This document shows positions 9,594 through 19,296 of a stretch of 64,000 nucleotides of DNA, piece after piece. Origin of the DNA: Patescibacteria group bacterium (GTDB taxonomy: Bacteria > Patescibacteriota > JAHJAL01). The stretch covers positions 158,132 through 222,131 of the forward strand of contig JBMORM010000009.1 in assembly GCA_049322675.1 (NCBI GenBank), written 5' to 3'. Each line of letters begins with the position of its first letter. The first letter of the stretch is position 1. The notes under the pieces are model-generated. The model made no database searches. It was not told the DNA's origin and saw nothing but the letters and a program-made list of their open reading frames with translations. Position numbers and translations under genes: made by a program.

Positions 9594-9681
9594 CTTAAAT
9601 TTTATGCTTTGATTCTAACTGAAAAATAGCCAATGGTCAATATTTTCTTTGAAAATCCCAGTAGTAATAATGTTTGGGAGA

Positions 9682-10113
9682 CTAATCGTCCGATTGGACT
9701 TCATCTATGTCATCATCATCAATATCTGACTGAGAAAGTTGAGTAAAGAAATCATTCATTTTTTTGAATTTTTCCTCAATGTCCCGCCGGAAATCAGTGT
9801 CCAGATCAAAATAATTGGAGATATAATATTCTTTAATTTTTTTTGACAAAGATAGGCAAGCATTATATTTTTTGGCCTGATATAAATGATTGAACTCCAT
9901 CAAGGCGGCGCCGATGATAAAATTGCTGTATATTTCCCTGTCATCTTTTTTGCTTGAGTTTGGGCGATAAGTAGTCAAAAACTCTGTTGTACTAATATTG
10001 ACACTGGCGCACATTTTGTCGAGATATTTTTTTTTGGCCAGATTGGATAATTTGGGCAGATTGTTAATCTCAAATTTATTATTGTCTTTTTTGGAAAAAA
10101 ATTTTTCAAGCAT
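9682..10113 (-). CDS. hypothetical protein with acidic C-terminus (143 aa)
   Basis: ORF located 13 bp downstream of uvrA on the same strand. Confidence 0.45.
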   Translation of the reverse strand: MLEKFFSKKDNNKFEINNLPKLSNLAKKKYLDKMCASVNISTTEFLTTYRPNSSKKDDREIYSNFIIGAALMEFNHLYQAKKYNACLSLSKKIKEYYISNYFDLDTDFRRDIEEKFKKMNDFFTQLSQSDIDDDDIDEVQSDD

Positions 10114-10126
10114 GAAGATGATGATA

Positions 10127-12967
10127 CTATTTATTATTGAATATTTTTGCTAAATAGTGACCGGTGTATGATTTTTTGACCTCGGCAACTTCTTCGGGTG
10201 TGCCGCTGGCGATTATTTCTCCGCCATCGTCCCCTCCTTCTGGCCCGAGATCAATAATATAATCTGCGGTTTTAATAACGTCCAGATTGTGTTCGATCAC
10301 CAAAACGGTATTTCCCTTGCGGATAAGGCGGCCAAGAACTTTCAAAAGATTATCCACGTCAGCGTAATGCAAGCCAATGGTCGGTTCGTCCAGGATATAG
10401 AGAGTTTTATTGGTTGATCGTCGAGCCAATTCGGTGGCCAATTTGATACGTTGGGCTTCACCGCCGGACAAAGTGTTGGCCGGTTGTCCCAATTCGAGAT
10501 AGCCCAGTCCAACATCCACTAATATTTTTAACTTTGTTTCCAAAGAAGGGATGTTTTTGAAGAAGATGACCGCTTCTTCGGTAGTCATTTTCAAAATATC
10601 GGCGATAGTTTTGCCTTTGTAAAATATTTCCAGGGCTTCCTGATTGTAACGTTGGCCGTGACATTCGGGACAAGTAACATAGACATCGGGCAAAAAGTGC
10701 ATCTCGATTTTGATTGAGCCATCGCCCTTGCAATGTTCGCAGCGTCCGCCTTTGACGTTGAAAGAAAATCGGCCTTGTTTGTAACCGCGCATTTTGGCTT
10801 CGGGAACTGCAGCGAAAAGATCGCGAATGATCGTGAATGCGCCAGTGTAGGTAGCTGGGTTGGAGCGGGGAGTGCGACCAATAGGTGATTGATCGATTGT
10901 AATAACTTTATCAATATTTTCTACGCCGTTGATTTCGAGAAATTTTCCCGGTTTTTGTTTGGAGTGATAAAAATGTTGGGTCAAATAACGGGAAAGAATT
11001 TTGTGAATCAAGGTTGATTTCCCGGAGCCGGAAACGCCGGTGACACAGACAAATTGGCCGAGTGGAATTTTTATATCCACATTTTTTAGATTGTGTTCAC
11101 TGGCACCTTTTATTTCGATAAATTGACCGGTGGGTTTTCGCCGGCCAGAAGGGATAGCAATGCTTTTTTTGCCGGAGAGATATTGTCCGGTCAATGATTT
11201 TGGATCATTTTTGATTTCCGATGGTTTGCCTTGAGCAATGATCTTTCCGCCGTGCTTGCCGGCGCCGGGACCAATATCGATCAGATGATCGGCCTCAAGC
11301 ATGGTTTCTTCGTCATGCTCGACAACGATAATGCTGTTGCCAAGATCACGTAATTTTTTTAGAGTAACAATCAATTTTCCGTTATCTCTCTGGTGAAGAC
11401 CGATTGATGGTTCGTCCAAAATATACATAACACCGGTGAGGGTGGAGCCAATCTGAGTAGCTAGGCGAATGCGCTGAGCTTCTCCACCGGAAAGAGTATT
11501 GGCAGATCGATGGAGAGTTAGATAACTGAGACCGACATCGTACATAAATCCCAGTCTTTCATTGATTTCCTTGAGTATTTGTCGGGCAATTTGAGTTTTT
11601 TCTTGGTCAAACTTGAGTTGTTTGAAAAATAAAATCAGGGATTTGACGTTCATCTGAGTTAGATCAATTATGTTTTTGTCTTCAATAGTCACCGCCAATG
11701 ATTCTGGACGCAAACGGCGGCCTTCGCAGACCGGACAGGGTTTGATGGTCATATATTTTTCCAAATCTTGGCGAATGTAGTCACTGGTGGTTTCACGGTG
11801 CATGCGCATCAACGAGGGAATGACACCTTCAAAAGTGGTTTCAAATTCACGAACTTTGCCGTATGGACTGAAGTTTTTAACCAAATAGGTTTTTTCATCC
11901 GTGCCATGCAAAATTATTTTTATGGCTTTGGGGGACAGATCTTTGACAGGTGTATTTAAGTTGAATCCATTTTTTTTGGCGACCGTTTCCAAAATGCGGA
12001 TATGCCAATTTTGACGGTTGGAGGTTTTGCTCCAGGGGCCAATGCCACCTTCGGCGATAGTGAGATTGTTGTTGGGAAACAATAACCCTTCATCAACTTC
12101 CAGACGGGTACCAAGACCAGTACAACCTGGGCATGCTCCCTGTGGATTATTGAAAGAAAAAATACGAGGTTCTATTTCAGGTAAATTGATCCCACAGGTC
12201 GGACAAGCAAATCGTTCGGAAAAAGTTTTTACGGTTTCTTTATCGACTTGCAGAATATTAACAAGGCCATTGCCATAGTTTAGTGCTGTTTCGAGCGATT
12301 CTACCAGACGGGAACGGAAATCATTATCTTTTTGTTCGATCTCCAAACGGTCAATAACTATTTCGATAGTATGCTTTTTTTGTTTGTCAATAAGGATTGG
12401 TTCGTCAACGGTCATGATTTCGCCATCAACACGGACGCGCATAAAGCCGGCTTTTTTGATTTCAGCCACAGTATTTTTATGTTCGCCCTTTTGGGCAATA
12501 ATCAATGGGGCCAAAATCATAATTTTTGTTTTGTTGGGAATTTGTAATATTTGATCGGCGATCTGACCGATAGTTTGAGAAGAAATCGGTTGATGACATT
12601 TGGGACAGTGAGGAGTGCCGACTCGGGCGAATAATAATCGGAGATAGTCATATATTTCCGTGATCGTACCAACGGTGGAACGAGGATTGGAAGAAGCGGA
12701 TTTTTGGTCGATGGAAATGGCAGGAGATAATCCTTCAATTTTATCCACATCCGGTTTTTCCATGATGCCCAAAAATTGACGGGCGTAGGCGGATAGAGAC
12801 TCGACGTATCGACGTTGACCTTCGGCATAAATAGTGTCAAATGCCAAAGAAGACTTACCCGATCCGGATAAGCCTGTGATTACTACTAATTTGTTTTTGG
12901 GAATTGTAACATCAACGTCTTTTAGATTGTGCTCGCGAGCACCTTTGATAATTATTTCATTAATCAT
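10127..12967 (-). CDS. uvrA: excinuclease ABC subunit A
   Basis: The 946-aa protein has two ABC ATPase modules (GLSGSGKSS / GVSGSGKST Walker A, LSGGEAQR signatures) and zinc-finger cysteines. Confidence 0.97.
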   Translation of the reverse strand: MINEIIIKGAREHNLKDVDVTIPKNKLVVITGLSGSGKSSLAFDTIYAEGQRRYVESLSAYARQFLGIMEKPDVDKIEGLSPAISIDQKSASSNPRSTVGTITEIYDYLRLLFARVGTPHCPKCHQPISSQTIGQIADQILQIPNKTKIMILAPLIIAQKGEHKNTVAEIKKAGFMRVRVDGEIMTVDEPILIDKQKKHTIEIVIDRLEIEQKDNDFRSRLVESLETALNYGNGLVNILQVDKETVKTFSERFACPTCGINLPEIEPRIFSFNNPQGACPGCTGLGTRLEVDEGLLFPNNNLTIAEGGIGPWSKTSNRQNWHIRILETVAKKNGFNLNTPVKDLSPKAIKIILHGTDEKTYLVKNFSPYGKVREFETTFEGVIPSLMRMHRETTSDYIRQDLEKYMTIKPCPVCEGRRLRPESLAVTIEDKNIIDLTQMNVKSLILFFKQLKFDQEKTQIARQILKEINERLGFMYDVGLSYLTLHRSANTLSGGEAQRIRLATQIGSTLTGVMYILDEPSIGLHQRDNGKLIVTLKKLRDLGNSIIVVEHDEETMLEADHLIDIGPGAGKHGGKIIAQGKPSEIKNDPKSLTGQYLSGKKSIAIPSGRRKPTGQFIEIKGASEHNLKNVDIKIPLGQFVCVTGVSGSGKSTLIHKILSRYLTQHFYHSKQKPGKFLEINGVENIDKVITIDQSPIGRTPRSNPATYTGAFTIIRDLFAAVPEAKMRGYKQGRFSFNVKGGRCEHCKGDGSIKIEMHFLPDVYVTCPECHGQRYNQEALEIFYKGKTIADILKMTTEEAVIFFKNIPSLETKLKILVDVGLGYLELGQPANTLSGGEAQRIKLATELARRSTNKTLYILDEPTIGLHYADVDNLLKVLGRLIRKGNTVLVIEHNLDVIKTADYIIDLGPEGGDDGGEIIASGTPEEVAEVKKSYTGHYLAKIFNNK

Positions 12968-13049
12968 GAGAATTCCCCGGTTAAATTTTTAGAATTTTCT
13001 AGAGGTTAACACAAAAATATCAAAATATCAATTATAATAGTATGGGACT

Positions 13050-13110
13050 GGGGAAAATTTCCAATTTCCAAGTCACAATTTCCAAAAAATTTTCAATGAC
13101 CAATTTTCAA
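13050..13110. repeat. half-copy of the TTCCAATTTCCAA heptamer-palindrome element
   Basis: Sequence aaatttccaatttccaa...tttccaaaaaattttcaatgaccaatt, matching the arms of the elements at 14877 and 19022. Confidence 0.5.
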
Positions 13111-13793
13111 TGAAAAAGAGAAGAAAAAAGTATCAGAGGAAGAAACCGAGTTGGTTTGGTATTTTGTCTTTAACCATATTGGCTTGGGTTTTGATACCAA
13201 TAATAGTGGTCAACCTAATTTTGACTATCGGGGCGATTTTTGCTTTGCCGTGGTGGACAATGACGTTGGGTTGGATTGTTGTGGGATTTATCGGGTATAG
13301 TTTGATTCATATTTTTATTTATCAACCGACTTTTTTGTATGTTTTGCCGCACGAGTTGAGCCATGCTCTTTTTGCCTGGATTTTTGGGGAAAAAGTCAAA
13401 AAAATAAAAGTAAGAGATACGGGCGGTTACGTCGAGATGAGTCATTCAAATTTCATTATCGATTTGGCTCCGTATTTTTTTCCATTTTATGCTTTTTGGT
13501 TGGCTGTGATTAATTTTTTTCTCAAATATTTTTGGCACTACCAGCAATACGAGTACTTATTTTTGTTTGGCATTGGCAGCGCTTTAGCCTTCCATTATTT
13601 AAATAGTCGAGATATCTTGCATTATAAACAAACGGATATGATGTGGACCGGACGATGGTTTGGGATTGTATTTTCAATTATTGCAAATATATTTTTTGCC
13701 AATATTATTTTGTTGTTGATATTTTTTGATGAAAAAAATCTTATTTTCGATTATTATGAAAAGGCGTATTCTTTTGTTTTGAATTTATTGTAA
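13110..13793 (+). CDS. polytopic membrane protein with HEXXH motif (putative intramembrane zinc metalloprotease-like)
   Basis: About six transmembrane helices and LPHELSHALFAWIFG. Confidence 0.5.
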   Translation: MKKRRKKYQRKKPSWFGILSLTILAWVLIPIIVVNLILTIGAIFALPWWTMTLGWIVVGFIGYSLIHIFIYQPTFLYVLPHELSHALFAWIFGEKVKKIKVRDTGGYVEMSHSNFIIDLAPYFFPFYAFWLAVINFFLKYFWHYQQYEYLFLFGIGSALAFHYLNSRDILHYKQTDMMWTGRWFGIVFSIIANIFFANIILLLIFFDEKNLIFDYYEKAYSFVLNLL

Positions 13794-13802
13794 AAAAATT
13801 CT

Positions 13803-14378
13803 ATGAAAACTTTGGAAACAAAATTAAATGACAACCAAGTCGAAAGATGTGTTATTTCATTTCCTGAATCCTATCTAAAATCCATGAAAGATGAACTTAT
13901 CTCGATTTTGAAAAATGGCGATTGGAAAAATGCCTATCGAGTTGCCGCTGAGCTTAAACGACACAATATTGATATAAAAGGAGAAGAAATCGGCAAATTG
14001 GCAACCGAATACATTTTTCAATCCAAGGAACATCTTGGTCACAATGATTGGATTAAAATGTTTGACCTTGATGATCGGTTAAATAAAATCATAAAAGATT
14101 ATCGAACCAAACACGAAGTGATAAAAAATGATTTAATGACTTTGGACAAAAGTAATTTTGAAAAATTTATCCAAAATAATATTGATTTTCCAAATCGAAT
14201 GAAGATAGCCGTGGAGTTGACTTTTGAAGGAATATCGTTGAGAGAAAAGGCTTTGACGGAGTCGGCTTTGTCGAAGGCGGAGGATATTTTATCTCGAGCC
14301 GGATTGGTGGCCAAAATGGCCAATATGGATTTTGAAAAATTGGTTTTTGAGACAGAAAAAATGATAATAAATAAATAG
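13803..14378 (+). CDS. hypothetical protein (191 aa)
   Basis: ORF only. Confidence 0.45.
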   Translation: MKTLETKLNDNQVERCVISFPESYLKSMKDELISILKNGDWKNAYRVAAELKRHNIDIKGEEIGKLATEYIFQSKEHLGHNDWIKMFDLDDRLNKIIKDYRTKHEVIKNDLMTLDKSNFEKFIQNNIDFPNRMKIAVELTFEGISLREKALTESALSKAEDILSRAGLVAKMANMDFEKLVFETEKMIINK

Positions 14379-14385
14379 GACAACT

Positions 14386-14646
14386 ATGAGATTAGGACAC
14401 AAAGAAGATTGGCTTTTTGACAGGAAAAAAACAGGAGAGAAACAAAAAAACAACATCGAGGTTTTTTTAAGAAGCAAACATCTATTGTTTGAGGATAAAA
14501 AGGAACAAAGTGCTGACCCTTTGACCATGAGGGCGGAGGATTTTGTGAGTAGATATCAAGAAAAATATAAACAAAACTTGGATGAAGACGATGAAGACAT
14601 TGTAGCCGTTTTGAGAAAAAGTGAGGAATTTGAATTTGATGACTGA
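14386..14646 (+). CDS. hypothetical acidic protein (86 aa)
   Basis: ORF ending at a TGA stop. Confidence 0.4.
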   Translation: MRLGHKEDWLFDRKKTGEKQKNNIEVFLRSKHLLFEDKKEQSADPLTMRAEDFVSRYQEKYKQNLDEDDEDIVAVLRKSEEFEFDD

Positions 14647-14876
14647 ACGGGTGTATAGTTAGTTTGTCAGGAGAGTAGTTTGCCGCTTTCAAACAAACAG
14701 GGAGAAAAAGTCGCGACTGAGAACTTTTTTTTGTTTTAGGCAAACGAATACCATCTGACCCGTAACAAGATGAATACGGCACAATTTGCTAATAAAGAGC
14801 CCTTCCAAAAAGGGAAGTTGAGTGGAACCGCGAGTTTTTAAACTCGTCTCAATAGTGGATATTGTGGCGAGTTTTT

Positions 14877-15003
14877 TAATTTCCAATTGTCAATTCTCAA
14901 TTTCCAAAAAATTTCCAATGACCAATTCTCAAAAGCATTATTTTCATTGAAAATTGGAAATTGGACATTTTTTGGAAATTGAGAATTGGAAATTGAAAAT
15001 TTA
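14877..15003. repeat. MITE-like palindromic element built from 7-bp units (CAATTCT/CAATTTC)
   Basis: Arms aatttccaattgtcaattctcaatttccaaaaaa and ttttttggaaattgagaattggaaattgaaaattt are near-perfect reverse complements. The element sits immediately upstream of thrS. Confidence 0.65.
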
Positions 15004-16827
15004 GATTATAATTTAGGAGAAAATATGGACAAAAATATTAGTGAAGAGCAATTGCACGCCATGCGTCACTCTCTCGCCCACATAATGGCTGAGGCGGTAC
15101 AGAGTCTTTTCCCGGAAGCAAAATTTGGGATCGGGCCGGTGATCGAAAATGGTTTTTATTATGATTACGATCTGCCCAGAACTCTGATTCCGGAAGACCT
15201 ACCATTGATCGAAGCCAAAATGCGGGAGATAGTCGCACAAAAGAATCCATTTGAACGGAAAGAAATATCCAAGCAGGAAGCATTGGATTTTTTTGGTAAG
15301 GCCCAAGAGCCGTATAAAATTGAATTGATCAATGAACTCAATGATGGCGAAATAACTATTTATCGAAGCGGTAAATTTGTGGATCTATGCAAAGGACCGC
15401 ATGTGGCCAATACCGGCGAAGTCGGCGTTTTCAAATTGACTCACGTGGCCGGCGCGTATTGGCGAGGGGATGAAAAAAATAAGATGTTACAAAGAATATA
15501 CGGGGTGGCGTTTGCAACTCAGCAAGAATTGGACGAGTATTTGAATATGTTGGAGGAGGCAAAGAAGAGGGATCATAAAAAACTCGGAAAAGAACTGGGG
15601 TTATTTGTTTTTGACGAAATGGTCGGTGGCGGTTTGCCGATGTGGTTGCCAAAAGGAGCAATATTGTGGCGTTCTATCGAAGACTTTTGGTACAAAGAAC
15701 ATTTGAAAAATGGATATGAGTTGGTGCGCACTCCTCATTTGGGCAGTAAAAAATTGTGGGAGCAATCCGGACATTGGAATTTTTTCAACTCAAGCATGTA
15801 TCCACCATTGGAAGTTGGAAAATCGCTGGAAGAACATCAGACCGGACAAGAAGCAAAAGTGAAAGAAGAATACCTGATCAAACCAATGAATTGTCCTTTT
15901 CATGTTCGTATGTATAAATCAGCCATGTATTCATATCGCGATTTGCCAATTAGATGGGCAGAAATTGCGACAGTGTATCGTTATGAAAAATCCGGAGAAT
16001 TGAATGGTTTGCTTCGTGTTAGGAGTATTACTCAAGATGATGCTCATCTGATTGTAACCAAGAAGCAGGCAAAAAAAGAGTTAATGCGAGTGGTTGATTT
16101 TATTTTGCATATGCTGAGAACTTTTGGTTTTAATGAGTTTGCCGTTTATTTATCACTCCGAGACTCACAAAATAAAGAAAAATATGCGGGAAATGACAAG
16201 GGTTGGGAGTTTACCGAAAAAGTATTGGAACAAGTGGCAACTGAAAAAGGTCTTGAAGTAATACGCCAAGAGGGAGAGGCGGCATTTTATGGTCCGAAAC
16301 TGGATTTTAAAGTCAAGGATGCTATTGGTAGAGAATGGCAGTGCTCTACCCTGCAATTTGATTTCAATTTGCCGGAGCGTTTTGATATGACTTTTATCAA
16401 CGAAAAAGGCCAAGAAGAAAAACCATATATGCTACACAGAGCTTTATTTGGTTCATTTGAGAGATTTATCGGGGCCGTCATCGAACACCATGCTGGAGTT
16501 TTTCCTCTCTGGTTGTCCCCTACTCAAGTAACGATTCTGCCGGTATCTAGTGAAAAACATTTAAAATATTGTCAGAAGTTGGCGAAAAAATTGATAGCTA
16601 AAGATTTTAGGGTCACGGTAGATGACAATAATGAGTCGGTTGGCAAAAAGATTAGAAACGCTTTATTGCAAAAAATAAATTATCTATTGATAGTCGGTGA
16701 TAAAGATATTGAAAATAATACCGTCTCCGTGCGGCCACTCAAGGGTGATGATTTGGGGGCGATGGATTTGGCTGATTTTATTAAGATGATCAAGAAAGAG
16801 AGAGACACAAAGAAAATTAACAATTAA
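14986..16827 (+). CDS. thrS: threonyl-tRNA synthetase
   Basis: Class II motifs (HRALFGSFERFIG, YWRGDEKNKMLQRIYG), an editing-domain HxxxH, and a C-terminal anticodon-binding domain. Confidence 0.95.
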   Translation: MEIENLDYNLGENMDKNISEEQLHAMRHSLAHIMAEAVQSLFPEAKFGIGPVIENGFYYDYDLPRTLIPEDLPLIEAKMREIVAQKNPFERKEISKQEALDFFGKAQEPYKIELINELNDGEITIYRSGKFVDLCKGPHVANTGEVGVFKLTHVAGAYWRGDEKNKMLQRIYGVAFATQQELDEYLNMLEEAKKRDHKKLGKELGLFVFDEMVGGGLPMWLPKGAILWRSIEDFWYKEHLKNGYELVRTPHLGSKKLWEQSGHWNFFNSSMYPPLEVGKSLEEHQTGQEAKVKEEYLIKPMNCPFHVRMYKSAMYSYRDLPIRWAEIATVYRYEKSGELNGLLRVRSITQDDAHLIVTKKQAKKELMRVVDFILHMLRTFGFNEFAVYLSLRDSQNKEKYAGNDKGWEFTEKVLEQVATEKGLEVIRQEGEAAFYGPKLDFKVKDAIGREWQCSTLQFDFNLPERFDMTFINEKGQEEKPYMLHRALFGSFERFIGAVIEHHAGVFPLWLSPTQVTILPVSSEKHLKYCQKLAKKLIAKDFRVTVDDNNESVGKKIRNALLQKINYLLIVGDKDIENNTVSVRPLKGDDLGAMDLADFIKMIKKERDTKKINN

Positions 16828-16973
16828 TAGCGAATAATTGATAAAAAATATTTGAAATGTATTTATTTATTTGCTTGGCGAAATATTATTTGTTATATTG
16901 AAATCGTTGAAATTATTGTAATTTAAAAACTTCTCATTCGTTTGGATGGGGAGTTTTTTCTTAAAAAACCAAA

Positions 16974-17273
16974 ATGAATATTGATGATTGCTACGAGAAA
17001 AATCGACTTCACTATGCAACTAGAATATTACCAGAATTGACTCTAGAAGAAGAATTGGCGGCCGAACTAGAATTGAGTGAAGAAACCAAGAAAGCGATTG
17101 AAAAATATTTGGAGACTGGGGAAAAAGCTGATTGCTTGATAAACAATGACAAGGTGAACAATATCACTATTGAACATTTTTTGATTAGTAAAAATCTGAG
17201 TAAACTTAACTTGACTGATTTGAAAACTATATGGGAAAGAATTAATAATTTAAAAAAGAAGGAAAATACATGA
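16974..17273 (+). CDS. hypothetical protein (99 aa)
   Basis: ORF whose stop overlaps the next start (ATGA). Confidence 0.4.
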   Translation: MNIDDCYEKNRLHYATRILPELTLEEELAAELELSEETKKAIEKYLETGEKADCLINNDKVNNITIEHFLISKNLSKLNLTDLKTIWERINNLKKKENT

Positions 17274-17635
17274 AAAACCTTAGAGAATTTAGGCAAACAA
17301 TAAATCACGAAGAATTATTTTTAACAGATGAACAAAAGAGAACAAGACAGTTGGGAGAAATTGACAAGATTTTGCGATTAAAAAATTTATTTTTTATTGA
17401 ATGCGATAAAGATACAAAAAAGAAAATCGGGGACTTGCTCGAAGCAAAGATTGTGGAAAATAATAAATTGATCGGCGATCTAAAAAAAGAAGAAGAATGG
17501 AAAATTATTATGGACTATATTGGACACGATAGTTATTCTGATTTGAAAATACTACAAGATTCTATGATGGAAGCAAATCAAATTTTCACAAAAATTCAGA
17601 AAGAACAAACAATTTCAGGATCCAGGAAAAAGTAA
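17270..17635 (+). CDS. hypothetical protein (121 aa)
   Basis: ORF only. Confidence 0.4.
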   Translation: MKNLREFRQTINHEELFLTDEQKRTRQLGEIDKILRLKNLFFIECDKDTKKKIGDLLEAKIVENNKLIGDLKKEEEWKIIMDYIGHDSYSDLKILQDSMMEANQIFTKIQKEQTISGSRKK

Positions 17636-17637
17636 AA

Positions 17638-19023
17638 TTGTTGTACAATTGGATCATGAAAAAAAATAGTCCAAGCAAATACTATATAATTACATTTGGT
17701 TGTCAAATGAATCATAGCGATTCGCAAAGAATGGCGGCTTTGTTGGCGGCCAATGGTTTGACACAAGCTAAAAATGAAGATGAGGCTGATTTGATTATTA
17801 TTAATAGCTGCAGCGTTAGGCAGATGGCGGAAGATCGTACTTATGGGAAGATAAATAAATTGGCCAAAAAGAAAAATAGGCCACGAATCATAGCGACCGG
17901 ATGTTTGGTGTCGGACAAGATCAAGAATAAATTGCTCAGGCAAAGTAAGTTTGATTTGTGTTTGCCGATTGATCGGATGATTGATTTACCGAAATATTTA
18001 GAAAAATGGGGGCTAATTAAGGTTCTAGGTTCTAGGTTCCAGGTTCTAGGAAAAGAACTGATGAAAGAGGGGAATTATAGACATTATTTGGATATAATTC
18101 CGAAGTTTGAGCAGAATTTTTCGGCTTATTTGCCGATTATGACTGGGTGCAATAATTTTTGCAGTTATTGCGCGGTGCCGTTTACGCGCGGGCGGGAAGT
18201 TTCGCGACCGATGGAAGATATCGTTAACGAGGCAAAAGCTTTGGCAAAAAATGGTTGTGTGGAGTTGATTTTGCTGGGGCAGAATGTGAATTCGTATATG
18301 GGTAGTTTAAAAGTTGAAAGTTTAAAGTTGAAAGTTGGGGAAAATAATAAATTTGTTGAATTACTGAGAAAAATTTCTGATATTAAAAAGTTGAAGAGAA
18401 TATTTTTTATTAGCTCGCATCCGAAGGATATGTCGGATGAGTTGATTGATCTGGTCGCCAGTCGAGATAATTTGTGCAAATATATACATTTGCCGTTGCA
18501 ATCCGGGGATGATGAGATTTTGAAGCGGATGAATCGACATTATACTCAGGAAGATTATTTGCAATTGGCAAAAAATATTAAGGATAGGATTCCGGGGGTG
18601 GTAATTTCTACCGACGTAATCGTTGGTTTTCCGGGGGAGACTGACGAGCAATTTGCCAATAGTTGCAAGGTATTTAAAGAAGTCGGGTTTGATATGGCTT
18701 ATATCTCCGAATATTCGCCGCGGCCGAAGACTGCGGCGGCTAAATTGGATAATGATGTATCCAATAAGGTTAAGTCGCAACGGAAAAAGATTTTGAACGA
18801 TGACTACCTGGCAAAATCCAGTTTGGACAATAAAAAAAGATTGCTAAATAAAACTATTCCAGTTTTGGTGAGCAAAATTAACCGTAAAGGGAAATTGGTT
18901 GCTTATACGCAGGGATTGCAGCAGGTACATCTTGAAGGCAAGAAAGATTTAATTGGAAAAATTGTTGATGCAAAGATTACGGAGATTTTTATTTGGGGAA
19001 TGCGAGGAACGACAAATTTTTAA
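17638..19023 (+). CDS. miaB: tRNA-i6A37 methylthiotransferase (radical SAM MTTase, MiaB-like). The true start is probably the MKKNS codon at 17656.
   Basis: N-terminal MTTase domain (YYIITFGCQMN), a radical SAM CNNFCSYCAVP motif, a C-terminal TRAM domain, and miaA immediately downstream. Confidence 0.88.
   Translation: MLYNWIMKKNSPSKYYIITFGCQMNHSDSQRMAALLAANGLTQAKNEDEADLIIINSCSVRQMAEDRTYGKINKLAKKKNRPRIIATGCLVSDKIKNKLLRQSKFDLCLPIDRMIDLPKYLEKWGLIKVLGSRFQVLGKELMKEGNYRHYLDIIPKFEQNFSAYLPIMTGCNNFCSYCAVPFTRGREVSRPMEDIVNEAKALAKNGCVELILLGQNVNSYMGSLKVESLKLKVGENNKFVELLRKISDIKKLKRIFFISSHPKDMSDELIDLVASRDNLCKYIHLPLQSGDDEILKRMNRHYTQEDYLQLAKNIKDRIPGVVISTDVIVGFPGETDEQFANSCKVFKEVGFDMAYISEYSPRPKTAAAKLDNDVSNKVKSQRKKILNDDYLAKSSLDNKKRLLNKTIPVLVSKINRKGKLVAYTQGLQQVHLEGKKDLIGKIVDAKITEIFIWGMRGTTNF
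18029..18058 (+). repeat. intragenic heptanucleotide repeat (GGTTCTA/GGTTCCA) x4 inside miaB
   Basis: Sequence ggttcta ggttcta ggttcca ggttcta gg, translated in frame as VLGSRFQVLG within the linker. Confidence 0.8.
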
Positions 19024-19166
19024 TTTTCAATTCTCAATTTCCAATTTCCAAAAAAGGCTCAATGTCCAATTTCCAAACAAATACATTTTTTACTTTAGAA
19101 TTTGATTTGTTTGAAAATTGATCATTGGAAATTTATTGGAAATTGGAAATTGAGAATTGAAAATTT
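19022..19166. repeat. MITE-like element with roughly 30-bp perfect terminal inverted repeats (AATTTTCAATTCTCAATTTCCAATTTCCAA)
   Basis: The left arm at 19022-19053 and the reverse complement of 19135-19166 are identical. The element lies between miaB and miaA. Confidence 0.7.
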
Positions 19167-19296
19167 AAATCATATATGGACAATAACGAAAAAAATTTAA
19201 AGGCTACAAAACGAGAGAGAAAGCGCAAGAAAAGAATATATGGTATGAAGATTCAGCCGGGGGCGAAGACTTTGGCTTTGATTTTAAAGAAAAAAA

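Noticed and set aside
10458-12840. ORFs nested in or antisense to uvrA (10458..10733, 10591..10914, 11768..11959, 12018..12278, 12332..12547, 12517..12840)
   Set aside because: They lie inside a well-supported 946-aa UvrA reading frame and are spurious.
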